Source of the DNA: Trichoplax adhaerens
Lineage: Eukaryota; Animalia; Placozoa
Direction: 5' to 3'
Assembly (NCBI RefSeq): GCF_000150275.1
Contig: NW_002060965.1
Span: 248,001 to 312,000 of the forward strand
DNA length: 64,000 nucleotides
A program made the translations under genes and the position numbers. Under the pieces are notes generated by a model, which did not search any database, had not been told where the DNA came from, and saw nothing but the letters and a program-made list of their open reading frames with translations. Position 1 is the first letter of the stretch; each line of letters begins with the position of its first letter. Positions 34,938-48,692 of this stretch are shown piece after piece.

Positions 34938-36741
34938 TGTTATTAATTCGACGAATGCTTTAATTAACAACTTTAGTCGCGTATAAACTTAGGAATAATA
35001 AATTATTAGTTCCTGTTTCCAAAATTGATGAGTAAAATATTATAATCCAGCAGGCTGTGACCTTAATCTGATAATTGTAGTCTATATCTAATTAAGGAAT
35101 ATCATTTTAACTTATGATATGTTTTGATAATTATGCACCAGTTACTCCTTGAATTTAATACTTATAATCATACAACTTGAGCTTGATTGATGTAACATCG
35201 TCATGAGCTATTAAATTCTAATCACAATACATAATTGGACCATGTGGTTGTTAAGATCGTATGATGTACCTTACCAACGAAGCCTTATTGCTTTATCATA
35301 TGCCGCCATTTTTACAATTAACTCTCACCAGATATGACCTTGAGCATCAAACAGAAAAATATGTTACCGATCCCTATAAGTAAATTCATATTGCAGCACT
35401 CGGTCGTTAAATTTGATTACTGGTTCACGTGACACGGAAGATATACATGGTAACAATTCTTTGCATTCGAATTAACTAATTTGCTATACAGGCTATGATA
35501 ATAAATCCATAAGTTAACTACGAGGCTTTCTTTATTAATGTATTCCGAAAAGTCAGCCTGAGTTTGACTATATATTTCCTGCGGCTATTGTAATTTTTTA
35601 CGCCGCTATAGTGCTTGAATGCTTTGTGATATAAAATAATCTACCTAACCTTTGAACAACCCAATTTAATTAATTTATCTGAACAGAAAGCTGAAGTAAA
35701 ATTTCTAGTTAAACTGCCGATCATAATGCTATCATAGTTACTTTCTATAACTAGCTGCTTTACAAGAACTGCTGTATAAATATTTGCGAACTTGGCATAT
35801 CCTTCGGAACCCAGAAGCTTTTTGTTCTTTCATGGGACAGTGATCATGAGTTGACATATTAGTATACTTCTTCAATAGTAGTGAATGGTAGCGTTACTAG
35901 TCTATACGGATAGCCAACAATTTTATTACTAGCCTATAAACCGTTATTAGGCTATTTAAAAATATACATGCATATGTACTTATCACTAATAGCAGACTAT
36001 TACCACGTTGTAAGCTGTCTAGTGTCACTATAGTACAAATTCATATTCTCAGAGCTCTCAAGCTAATTCTAAGAAACACCAGCTACTGCGTAGACTAGCT
36101 GGAAGAACTAATTAAGAATTATTATAGTGCAAAAAGTTTCTTAATATTCATTACGTATTTTAAGGCCTGGCATCAGCTTATCTTTATGTATAGGTTGCAA
36201 CTTCAGTAACTAATATTGCACCTTCTAGCCATATATCGGTAACAAACATAAACCAAGGTAATAAACCGTAATTTGATTGTTTGAAAACATACATGCATAT
36301 GTATATTACCATTAATGGCGCCATTGATATATTAGTGAGCAATCATCTAATATTAGCTTCACGATAATATCTATTCAAAGTAACCTAAGTAAATCAAATA
36401 TAGCTATCCATATTATCAATAGATGCATCCCTACAATGATTCAACACGAAATTTGTAACGTTAAGAAGTAATCCATGATATTTACTAGTTCTGAAATCCG
36501 ACCTAAAGTATAAACTTTTAAATAAATGCACGATACCATATAGAGTGAGCATTTGGCTACAATGAAATAAAATTTAGGCGCTTTTTTAATGCTCTAATGC
36601 TGTAAATTACGTTTTAGTTATGAATATAAGAGAAAATTACTGATTTGCCACTGTATTATTCCATATTTAAATATAGATACACGCAAATATATCTGACTGA
36701 TAACTTCCAAAAACATTAGTATTTATTTTTGCTTCCTCATT

Positions 36742-38967
36742 CTATTGTACTTCTTCTTGGTCTTTCTCTTCCTCTTCTTCTTCCTCATCTTCTTCTTTTG
36801 CTTCTTCTTTTGCCAAAACTTCTAGATCAGATTCATTTATTTTCAACAGACTTATCATTTCAAGTGCTTCCTGATCTCTATCAAGTTTAGAATAGCATTC
36901 TCTCATACAATCGCAAACATATAAAATTTCTGGATGTCGTTTTCCATATTTCTCGAAGTAAATCTCTAAGCAGGGCTCATACATCAATAAAGCTTCTTCA
37001 TACTGTTCCTGCTTGAAATAAACGTTGCCCAATCCTTCGTAAATGGGGCAAATCTCTAATGATTCTTCACCAAATTTGTTTACAATAAGATTCTTGGCTT
37101 CGTAATACATCGACATAGCATCATCATGTTTGTCTTGATTATAATAAACATAGGCGATAGTATTATATAATCTTATGAGATCATCGATCGCATCGTCTTC
37201 TCCTAAATACTGAAGCTTAATATTAAGATATTTTGAAAGCATATTAATGGCTTGATCATAATTACCGAGTTCATTATGAATTAAACCTAAAATATGATAA
37301 TTATTACCAATGTCTAAATTTTGATCATTAGTTTCTTTTAAACGAAAGCTTAGGGCTTCTTGACACATAGATAATGCATCATTATAGCCCTCTTTCCTGT
37401 AATAAGCCATTCCAAGATTGAGATATAAATCGATTAAACTAAATGCATGTTTAGTATCAACTTCTTGCTGTATAACCAATGATTTTTTCAACATCGATAT
37501 GGAATCATCTAGCTGATCCAGGTCAAGATAAATTTTTCCCAGAATGTGATATACCTTTGCTACTTGCAGATCTTCCCCTTTTAATTCAAGTTGTATACAT
37601 AGATACCTCTCATACATTAATATTGCATCGATGAATCGGCTTTGCTTGCTATGAATATCTCCAATATCGCAATATATTTGAGCCGTAAGTAAATTGGTTG
37701 CTCCCAAAAATTTTAATCGTAAAGTCAGAACCATATTATACATTTCTAAAGCCTTATCAAACTTGCTGAGGCTAGTATATAACCTACCTAGAGCTTGATA
37801 AGATTCGGCCACATTTAAGCTTTCATGACCAAGCAATTCCAACTTTATTTCTATTGCTTTCGTAAGCATTGAATTAGCCTTCTCATATTCTTCTTCTGTG
37901 TAATAAATCGTGCCTAAGTTATGATAAACTTTAGCAATTTCTATACTATTACGCTCAAGCAAGTCTAGCCAAATATTTAAAGATTTCTCGTGCAAGAACT
38001 TGGCTTCCTCGAAATTATTTTGATATGTATAGACTTTGGCCAATTCATGAAATGCATCAGCTACGTATAAGTTATGGTTACCAAATAATTCTAGCCGTAT
38101 ATCGCGAGCTTTCTCAATAATATTCTGAGATTCACGATCTTTCCCTTGAGATAGGTAGATTCCTCCAATTCTTACGTAGGATTCCGTAACTTCAAACTGA
38201 TGTTGACCGACAATTTCTAATTTTATATTTAAGGATTTTTCGAACAGCGACATAGCATCTTCAAGTTTATTTTGTTGCTGTTTTATATCTCCAATGGAAT
38301 CGTAAACATTAGCTACTGCTAAACTCTTGCTGCCTTGCTGGCTCAATCTAATTTTTAGAGCTTTTTCGTACATTAATAAGGCATTATCGATTTTATCTTT
38401 AGTGATATACATATCGCCGATGCTGCAGTAGGAATCAGCGGTTTTTAAGTGACCATCTCCAAATTTATCTAATCGAATTTTAAGTGACTTTTCGTAATTT
38501 TCTTGAGCTTCATTATACTTATCTTGCCAATAATAAATATCCGCAAGGCCATGATAGGTATCAGCGATATAGATATTATTATCCCCTATAGCCAAAAGTT
38601 TCAACTTTATGGATTTCAAATAATCATCAGCAGCATCTTTAAACAATCCCTTCATACCTTTGACTTTTCCGCGACTATCAAGACAATTAGCTAGTCTTAA
38701 GTCATCTTTCAGCATTCTTGCTAACTCCTCTGATTGACTACAGTAATCTAAAGCTTCGCTATAGCAATGTTGTTGTCGATAAGTAGCAGAAATATCCAAA
38801 CTCACGTCACATTGAAGTTCATCAAGAATTCTTGTATTCTTAATAGTACTATGAATTCGATCTAGTACTTGCTGATATTTCGATCGGGCTGTTTTAAAAT
38901 AACCTTTTTTAAAGTCATCATGGCCCTTTTGGTACAGCTTTCGCAGTTCTTTAGGGATGACATCCAT
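36742..38967 (-). CDS. Intronless TPR-repeat protein, 741 aa, with a poly-acidic C-terminal tail
   Basis: Uninterrupted ORF collinear with the 723-aa neighbour (IADTYHGLADIY vs IADTYEGIGDVY; VANVYDSIGDIK vs IASLYDSIGDIK). Ends EEAKEEDEEEEEEKDQEEVQ. Confidence 0.94.
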   Translation of the reverse strand: MDVIPKELRKLYQKGHDDFKKGYFKTARSKYQQVLDRIHSTIKNTRILDELQCDVSLDISATYRQQHCYSEALDYCSQSEELARMLKDDLRLANCLDSRGKVKGMKGLFKDAADDYLKSIKLKLLAIGDNNIYIADTYHGLADIYYWQDKYNEAQENYEKSLKIRLDKFGDGHLKTADSYCSIGDMYITKDKIDNALLMYEKALKIRLSQQGSKSLAVANVYDSIGDIKQQQNKLEDAMSLFEKSLNIKLEIVGQHQFEVTESYVRIGGIYLSQGKDRESQNIIEKARDIRLELFGNHNLYVADAFHELAKVYTYQNNFEEAKFLHEKSLNIWLDLLERNSIEIAKVYHNLGTIYYTEEEYEKANSMLTKAIEIKLELLGHESLNVAESYQALGRLYTSLSKFDKALEMYNMVLTLRLKFLGATNLLTAQIYCDIGDIHSKQSRFIDAILMYERYLCIQLELKGEDLQVAKVYHILGKIYLDLDQLDDSISMLKKSLVIQQEVDTKHAFSLIDLYLNLGMAYYRKEGYNDALSMCQEALSFRLKETNDQNLDIGNNYHILGLIHNELGNYDQAINMLSKYLNIKLQYLGEDDAIDDLIRLYNTIAYVYYNQDKHDDAMSMYYEAKNLIVNKFGEESLEICPIYEGLGNVYFKQEQYEEALLMYEPCLEIYFEKYGKRHPEILYVCDCMRECYSKLDRDQEALEMISLLKINESDLEVLAKEEAKEEDEEEEEEEKDQEEVQ

Positions 38968-41050
38968 TATATCGACAATCTCAATAGTTTAACCATTCTA
39001 TGATTTTACTGCTTTTTTAATCAATACAAACCTTTTCAAGGGTTATTTAAACCAGTGGCAAAGTTTCACTGAATATCTCACAAAATACATCAAGATGATC
39101 CTTGTTATTTGATGTAATTTAAAGTAATTAACGAATAGCCTTCTAGTAGTAAAGTTGAAATTATCCAGCAAAATATTGATTGAACGACCAGACGAAAAGA
39201 AATAATAGGAAATATCAAGTTTCCGGAGTAAGTTTTGATTAGTGGCGCCGTTTCTGGATAACGAACAATCGAACATTAGCCAATTGCTAATTTATGTCCA
39301 AATGTCACGTGCTAATCCACCAATATATAATTTTTAGCTAAGGGATGTATTTGTACTTTTTACACTACTATTATATTTCCATAACAAGCGCAAGTAAACG
39401 TTAATATGCTAAATATTAATTTATTATGCATACTTGATTCGATGTTACATGGTAGACTCGTGACGACATAAATGAAACTGGATTGACTTATAGTAGCTCA
39501 TAGATATTTGTATATTCTAAATATTACTTAATAATGCGCACTTGATTTGATGCTACAATATGAACTAATGATGGTGCAGTGTTTACTTCTAAATGAAAAT
39601 GGATTGACCTATACTAGTTTGTAAATACCTACTAAGTGACAAGTGATTGCATTTCATAGGATCTAAATTTTTGGTTCTATTAATAAGGGTTTTTCGTTGA
39701 TCTAGACTACATTTGACACTAATCAGTTCCTGCAAATGCAATCTAATGACAGAATTAGCAATATTATTACATTGTTTTAGTGTATACCTTGAAAGTATTC
39801 TTAGTACTAAGTAAAGCAGTAGTGAGAAGCAATGCCGTAATAGGTGTGGTTAGCATTAGGCATTAATATAAATCTTAATAGTACTACATCATATTATAGT
39901 ATATAATCTCAATTATGAGAGCAGAAAATGCTAATCTGCAGCGTTGGAATTGAACTTAGTGTTATTAAGCAGCGCCCTAAATCTTTTCAATGTAACCATG
40001 CAATCTATTCTGGAGCTCTTCTCACTATATCCAATATCCAAATAATCATTACCAGGTCAGAGATTCCAGAGATTCTTCATTGCCACTCGAAAGTAAATGA
40101 ATAGGCATCGATCCATACTAAACGATAATATATTTTCTTAAAACTACTTTTACTCTATAACGAATATTTCTGTAGTGATTTCAGCCAATTGAAGTAGTGT
40201 CATATTGAACGGTAGCACTAAGGCGTTATACAACCTGTTGGCTACAGATCGATTTTCATTTATTGCTAAGATTTTCTAGTTAGTACAACTCTATGCAGCA
40301 TGGCTTTATTACAGTATCATCTTATTAATTAGATACTACTTATATATATATATTATAGTAAATACTTAATTAGATATATTGTGACACAAAATCACATTGC
40401 TGCACGTAAAAGCCTTTAGGCTTAACGTCTCTAATCTAGATTCATTATGTGAATACATTTAAATTTCATCGAAGGTAAGATATTTACTATACTATAAGTA
40501 GTTAACCATTGATGAAATGATTTTAGTTACTATCTAAAACGTAATACCGTTATAAGGCTCATATTTCTTCGTGAAACTGCTATTCTTGACATATTATTAT
40601 CATTCTACAATTCAATTTCAAAGTATCAGCATATAAATAGGTCAAGTAAAGCTGATTTCTGTTGAATTTCAATCTCTCTTTACGTATAACTGAATTTCGA
40701 CTATACTATTGTAATACATTAAATTCAGATACCGGTTAGCCAACATTTAAGTACAAAAATAAAGTTGACAATACATCTGGCTTTACCGCTTAGATTACTT
40801 AGCAATTAAAAATCATATACAGTAAAAGAAACTATGATGTTATCCCACTTGATGTCAAGAATACGCCAAAATAATTAAAAAATACACTATTTCAAGTAGA
40901 GCTGAATAAGAGTGATATCTTAATTAAGATAATTAACCACACTGAAACTCAACTGAAGACCGAACTGGATGGTGTACAATTTATTCGCAGGGTGGCTACA
41001 GAGGAACCAACCTGTAATATTATTTTCTAGATTTGCCACCCTTTACCTAT

Positions 41051-42230
41051 TTAACTACCTGTCATACTGGATCTATCTGACCTATCTTTAATATCTTTCA
41101 ATATTTCTTTCATTTCTGCTACTTCTCTAAATGTACGTAATTTATGGCAGCAATCCTTCATACAAGAACAGATGTATTCCAACTCCGGATGTTTTTCACC
41201 ATATTTGGTCGATAAATATTAGAGCAGAATATATATCCATATGCAAGACATTCTCATATTCTTTCAGATGGAAATAGTTATTGCCTAGACCTTCGTAGAT
41301 AGGACACATTTGCAATGCATCATGCCTTAAATGCTTGCAACATAATCTTTAGTAAGATTATACATGGATATGGAATCATCATATTTAGCTTGATTAAAAT
41401 AAATATCAGCTAAAGCTTTATAAGAATCTGCTATATCATCGCCTATAATGTCTCCACCTAAAGTTTTTAATTTAATATCAACATGTTTTAAGTGCATATT
41501 TAGCGATTCATCATATCCCCTTTGCACATCGGCATATATTGACCCTTAAGCAATATAACTTTCTGCAATCTCTAAATTTTCCAAGCCAGATTATCCGAAT
41601 CGAATACTAAGGGCTGTCTGACACATGGGCAGAGCATGTTCGTGATTAGCTTGTTTATAATAGGCTATGACAAGCATATATTAGAACAGCACTAACAGGC
41701 TCATTTAGCGATAGATAAATATTCCCAATTTAGTAATTGGTTATATGGCTTTGCTACCTCTATACTATATCCTAAAAACTCTAAGCGAATATGAAGACTT
41801 TCTTACATACATCAACAGTACGTCTGCTTATTGATCTTACTTATTTTAAGCATCATTAATATCATGATAAGATTGAGAAATATGCAAATCGGAATCCTCT
41901 AGTAACTCTAATCAAATATCAAGTGCCTTCTTAAACACTGGAAAGGCATGATTGCAATGATCTCGACAATAAGATAAATCTCTAATGGCCTGATATAAAT
42001 CTACAATTGCCAAGTCCTGAGCACCAAGTATTTTCAATTACATATTTAAAGCATGAAGAAACATCTATTCAGCATCATCTTAATCCTCTTTAAAGCAGTA
42101 TATGTTTGATAGTAGCAATTAGCCACTGTTAAATTCCTTAAAGTCAAGATACCAAACCAAATGGATAAGGCTTTCTCGTATATTAGCAGAGCAAGATCCA
42201 CATTTATTCTATAGCGTTAAATTTGGACTA
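41051..42230 (-). pseudogene. Decayed TPR pseudogene, paralog of the 741-aa gene (3' part only)
   Basis: The minus strand translates LQMCPIYEGLGNNYFHLKEYE...KYGEKHPELEYICSCMKDCCHKL vs LEICPIYEGLGNVYFKQEQYE...KYGKRHPEILYVCDCMRECYSKL. ORF 41327-41527 is one fragment. TPR remnants with stops continue to ~42230; the 5' boundary is approximate. Confidence 0.82.
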
Positions 42231-45200
42231 ACTGATAATTGAACTCAAATTTTCAATAAACAAAACGTATGGCCAATCTTTCATGAGACTGCTGAGAAAG
42301 AATGAAGAGAAGATAATATGTCTCTAGTAATATATTGTAAATTATACTTTAAGGCTTTGTAGTTAATCGTCCTAGCTAATATCCTAACATGCATCATTAG
42401 AATGATATTTCGCGACCATAAATCGAGAAGATCCTGTATGCCAAATACTATAATTTAATCTATACTGTAACAGCTGTAGTTGATTATTTCACTTATGACC
42501 TACCTTGTGTAAAAGTATGATTTGTTGCCAGTAGCGCAATGGAAAGGATGTTATATGCTCAGCACTCTGTTTTAATCCATACTTTAATAGCATGCAGCTG
42601 ATGATTTAACTTGTGGTATTACATACGAATGCAACAGCATGATTTATAGCCAGCAATAAGGAACAAAAAAGTAGCTACAAGCTCAGTACTCTAGGCTAAT
42701 CTATTCTTTAATTGTGCATAGTTGATCGTTTAACTCATGACTTTTCGTATACAGTAGTATGACTCAATAATAAGAAGTTGAAAGATGCTATATGCCCAGT
42801 ACTATATTTTAATTTATACTATAATAGGAAGTATTTGATTATTTAACTTTTGACCTTCGTATGAAACAGTTTGATTTATTGGCAATAAGAAAAAGGAAAA
42901 GATGCATGCTATATTAAAACCGTATATTTGAAATAAATCTTAAAGGGCATATAATTCTTCCATTAAAATTAGATCACAACTGGTATTATAGTTCCATTTC
43001 CTATTACAGTAAATTTTAAAGGTTGGCACTGATCACTATTGTCAAGTACAGCAGCTACTTGTTACTAGAGTCTTGTAAGTTTACCAATCAATATGACAAT
43101 CATTCTAATTTCTTTTCCTTTTTGATTACACGTTTTTACGAACACATCTACAGAGCTTTTTATTTGATGTGAAATTTTAAGCCAACAGAAACAAATTAAC
43201 TTACGTTAAAGATTTTAGATATCGTAAAAAATATTTAATTAATTGCATATAAATACAGACATAGAACTTTTAAATTTTTAATAACATAAACGGCAAATGT
43301 TTAATTATATTAAATAGCTAGGCCATAAATTGCTATATACTGCATGACAAATCAGTAAAGGGGTTGCAACATGTTAAATTCGAATATTTTGCATCATTAT
43401 AAAGATTCCACCTGGTAATGCAATTGTAGCATCATCTTGCTCTTTGCAGAGTCTAGTTTACTGTTAATATGCGGCATTTTGTATCTGAACTAGACCTTAA
43501 AAGTAGTTTCAATTTGAGCACATATCTATTACTCATATCAAGTTGCTATTGATCACAAACTTTATAACCTGATATCAAAGCAATTATTTCTTATCATTTA
43601 TTTATTCAAGAATTCTTTAGCTTTCTAGCCGAGTCGAGTTGACGTACCAATTATATAATTTACTCCTTTATCAACTTCAACTTAAAAATAGTATAAAAGT
43701 GAATTTTTTTATTTATTCTTTTAAATTCCTCGAAATTTGCATTGAAATAATCAAAGGAAATATCCCAATGGTCGTGTGAACCGAATAAGCTATAAATAAT
43801 TGATTAATTTTGCAGTTAATCATGAAATCAATATTAGATGTCGCAATGATTTTAAATCATATGAAAGTGCACAGATGATGCATGAAATGCATTGAAGGGA
43901 TTTTCCAATTTATCAGCTAAATAAAAAGATTTTGCATTATATTAGCTAATACAAGAATTGAATTATCGGATAGAAATGATACTTATTTCGTTTAAAAAAC
44001 TATTGTAAAGAGAGTATGATCGTAAACTTATTTAAAATGGCTTATAATTGCATTTGTTTGTTACACCGAAATATACGAGAGCTACTTGAGGCCCTAAAAC
44101 AATAATCTACGACTACCGATTGTTCAAATATCTAATTTTAAGCTCAGCACAAAGATTTATGTTACCAAAATAACAATCGTTTGCGATATTTGTAGTTGTA
44201 ATATGGTGATAATAGATTTAAGCCTTCCATTTTCTATAAAGACTTTTGAGAAAATGAGAGCATTATTCAATGTAGCAAGATCTATAATCCAAAACTTTCT
44301 TTACTATAAATTAATTAAGAAATAATGAATTACATGTTACTCAATGTATCTCGAATCTAATTAGGAAACGATAGCATATGAGATAATCATGATTGTATTA
44401 TGATTTACTAAATAGCCTTGATAATTTAATCAAACGCAACATCGCGTAACAGTATCTACATTCATCTATCCAGCATACAAATGGGAATCGATAATGGCTC
44501 TTTAAAGCTAGAGCAAAGAAAGTATTGAACAATGATCACCGTTTCAAAATAAAGTAAATTAAAAAATTATACAGCCACTGATACAAGACGCAATGAAAAG
44601 TTAAAGGTGGGGTGCTTTACTTGGCTATTGTTATAGTCTAACCAATCGTCGGCATCATGGATATACACATTTTAGCACGCCACCTTCCAACTCTGTAGTA
44701 GCCTAAAGCTTTGAATGGTTATTTAATTGTATGCTAGTCTATTGCCACCGCCTTAACAGCAATCTATTTAAATTTAACATAAAAAATTAAATAGTCACAG
44801 TCGATATCGTCTGGTTTGTTTAATTAGTCCTTTGTTCGCATTAACTGAATTATTCTATGGACTATTCATCAATTTTGTCACTATATTGCTAGGCATATTG
44901 AGCTATTGAGGTCAGTTGGATCATTAATTTATTTTTAAACAATAATATAACTTGAATTTCAATATTATTTAGCTCTGTAATTATTCAACTTTGTTTTGAA
45001 TCCCCCCCGTAGTTTGACATTAAGACAAGTCGCATATACTGTGACAGTTTTTTGTATTCATTACTTCTTTTTAGTAATCAATCGACTAAAACCACATTGA
45101 CTACTCTTCTATCGCTATCTAGTCTATCATCATCGTCATTATTATCGTCATCATCCGTTCAACATCAAAACAACGACAAGCATAACATTTATAATTTATT

Positions 45201-46860
45201 GCTGTTAAGACATTGCTACAATTAGAAATAAAAATTGATGCTATACGCCAATTAATTGAAAGGAAACTGAAGGTTTTCATGTTGGCCAACAATTTGATTT
45301 TAACGTCAAGGTAAAACACATTTTTCTTACACAAATTCCAATTTGTGATCATATAGAATCATTGCAGTAGAATTTAAAATGGTAGAAAAAAACAATACTA
45401 TATTGCTCATGATAGGATAAAAATATTTAATTAACAAACTATTTTAACCTTGTTCGTGTAAATTTCTAATTATAGTTCAATTCCAATTGAAAAGCTGCAG
45501 CGAAAAATATGATTGAATAAGCTTAAAAAGTTAAACTCGCCTACGTACTAAACTATTCGAAGCAATTACTTCATTTACAAACCGTCATTTAATAAGTCTC
45601 TAATTAATCATCGTGATATTCTTACGTAATCATTCTTTAACTTAGATTGATAGCATTCCACATAAAGCCGTTGTATACCAACCTTCAGTAGTATCTATTT
45701 AATTGAGATATATTGCTAATGAATCATTGTTCTTCAACTAAATTTTACCATTAAAGCTGATTTAGACAGAATTGAACAAAAAAATTGGACTAGTTCTTTT
45801 TCTCTCCTTATCACAGCAATTGGATAATTTTAAGACTATTTCTTCTCAATTTTTAATCGAGAAAAGAAACAGCATTGGAAATATTTCCCACGATGAATAA
45901 TTCCGGTGATTCAAATGTAACCGCTCAATTAAATGGTAAGACTTTTTAAATTTTTACCCAAGAATAGAACAGCACTGTTCTACAGTAAATCAGTTTCCTT
46001 TATTTGAACTTAGTCTCGCTTTTTTTTTTATGATAGTCAAGAAGTAAGATTACTAAGTATCAAAATCAATCAATATTCTATGAAACCACTCTTTTTCTAC
46101 AAATATAAAACATAAAATGAAATCTATCAGCAAAATTAAATTATAAATTTGTACTGAAATCGATAAAAAACAGGACCATTAATGCCATTTTTCTTAATTT
46201 GTAATCCTCACTATAGAAGACATAATCTTCCGTTAATTTTATTTTCATGCAGTATAAACTAAAAAGGCTTAAATTGATATCCTGCTTCGCTAATGTAATT
46301 TTTTATACCAATGTCACTGTGAGATTGGTAGATCAAGAATCTTCAAGACTTAAGAAAATTAAGATTTATAGAACAAAACCTCGTTTACAAAGATGCAACT
46401 TAATCGATCAGTTGATTATTTCTAACGAGAAAGAACTATTTTACTGTACTAAACTACTCGCTTATATACTTTTTCGCGTTAATAATCTTAGCACCTTACT
46501 TACTACAAACTTCAGTATCTCAAATGCAGGATAATTTACACCTATCACGTGAAGCTATAGTGTGAGCCGTGTAACGTTCCTCTTCAAAAGGGTACATTTG
46601 CTAAGCTAGCTATAATTAATACTTAAGCCTGTAATGGAATATCTATCACACGTTGAACACGATAACTACGTTAGACATTACTAAATATATCATCAATTTA
46701 GAATACAATATTACACTGTCTTACAGTCACATATAGGCAGAAATATTTTACTTGTATTTATTGTCAAACTTTAATCACATGATAGCAGTTCTAGTCATTG
46801 CAACAAATATTGACTAAACTGTCTTCTGTTAAATCAATCGGGCAACTGAATCATTAAGTG

Positions 46861-47350
46861 CTTTACTTTGCTGTTTTATTCAACAAATCTATCTCCCTGC
46901 AATATACTCTCCTGGAAAATTTTCACTATTTCCTATGACGATTGAATTATATTACATGCTTTAGTAATTAAATCGAAATATTAATTACAATTTTATTTTA
47001 TAAATTCTTTTACTAGCTAATGTTAGTGCTACAATGTTAATGCAACCATTCTTATACCAGTGTTACACATGGACCGAAATGTGTTGGTTGTATTTAAATT
47101 CGAAATTTTAATTGGAAGATAGGAGTTCTGGTCATTGCAATTAATATTGATTAAACCGTTTCCTACTAAATCGATTGGACATCTACATTATCAAATACTT
47201 TACTTTGCTGCTGTGTTGAACAAATTTATTTTCTATGAACATTCTGCACTCCGCCGGAAAATTTTCGGTATTTCCCACGCCGAACAAATTCTACTGCGAT
47301 ACTTTAGTAATTAAATCGAAACATAAATTGTATTTTTTCATTACAAACAT
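46861..47350. repeat. Diverged local duplication, ~150 bp unit, ~340 bp apart
   Basis: CTTTACTTTGCTG...AACAAAT.TAT...GGAAAATTTTC..TATTTCC...CTTTAGTAATTAAATCGAAA at 46861-47010 and 47198-47350. Confidence 0.6.
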
Positions 47351-48126
47351 TTCACTTACGAACTGAATTAGTTGAAATAGCTGCAGTCTTATCCATAGCT
47401 TAAAGCTAGCAATATTGCTGCTTTGGAAACAAATAGAATGCTAATTATAATAATAACTAAATAAAAACGACATTGATGGCCGAAATAATCATTCAAAAGG
47501 ATTCCAATGGAAATAGATATTAGAATTGATTGACAGGATCACCGAAATATACGGGCAACATTTAATCTTTAGTGCGGTCAGAACAAATAGTATAGTTTAT
47601 CTTATAGATAACTAATTTTAAAATAGACCCGATAGCTGAAATAATTATTTTAGCAATGTTGCAAGGTAACCTATATTCAAACATTCAATAGTAAAAACAA
47701 GCCGAGTGGACTCGTAGATGAATCTGTTACGGTAAATTTTGTCATAGAGGAAAAAATCTTTGTAAGGTTGATGTTATCTTAATCTTTATTTTAAAGAGAA
47801 ATTATAGTCCTGTAATATAACAATTATCCTTAAAATAGTCCATTTTTAAAACAGTACTAAACTTACTAACGAGTTTGATATTGTTTTTTGAACTATCCCA
47901 CTTCTATCGTTAAGGAAGTAATAATCAAATAATTACGAACAATCAAGGCATACGATACCGTGGTACTTTTAGCAGATGCAGACAGAATCAGTCTGACTCC
48001 AGTATTAATTAAATCAATAATTAATGTCAATCTCTCTGAGGCTGCCCTAGATTTGGCCAAGATTCCAAGGGCTTCAATAATAACCCTCAATACTAACATA
48101 ACTAATTAAACTTTTTTGTGGCCTGT

Positions 48127-48692
48127 TGTGATATACACCGATCACGAGATTCCAAATTTTAGAAAAATAAGGGCTTTATTGAATCTTATACAAAGATTAA
48201 CTACACACAGCTCTACTTTAGCCGAATACTACTCTAAAGACTTCTAGAACGAACTAACAGAATAATCTAAAGTTGCATGCTTTTATGCTTTTCGTAGCAT
48301 TCGCAGCTACAATCCGCATGGCAACCTTTTACCTTATTTTATGCCTAGTTAAATTATTCTTAGAGACACTATTCTACTGCGGACCATCATTAATCCGATA
48401 TGGATACGACTACAGTATTTACGTAGACATTATTCATACCAGCCAAAGTACAGTACAATGAGTTAACCATATCCTAATATATGATTTACATTTGTATTTT
48501 TACCTATAACCTTATTAGTAACTCAACACCTTAATGTATATAGTTATCTGTACTCTAGCATAGAGTCTATACCACTACAGTCTAAAGTTACGGCTACCAA
48601 ATATCTCTTAGGATAAATATAGAAGTTACGCTACCGTACATCATACTAAACATGGCTAACAGTCTACAATCACAATACAAAGTTACATTACA
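48127..48692 (-). mobile_element. Solo LTR family A, copy 2 (566 bp)
   Basis: Highly similar to 5398-5949, with TGTGATAT...CATTACA termini. Flanks CCTGT (48122-48126) / CATGT (48693-48697) form a TSD with one mismatch. Confidence 0.88.

Noticed and set aside
35424-39312. TCACGTG E-box/CLEAR-like sites upstream of two TPR paralogs (~35425, ~39305)
   Set aside because: CACGTG occurs several other times in the window, roughly as expected from base composition.
40380-40591. TGTGACAC...TTGACA segment with a small hairpin
   Set aside because: No matching TSD and too short compared with the supported LTRs.
47725-47984. TGTTACGG start with GAATC flanks as a possible extra solo LTR
   Set aside because: Short, weak terminal inverted match, and no TATA/AATAAA arrangement or second copy.
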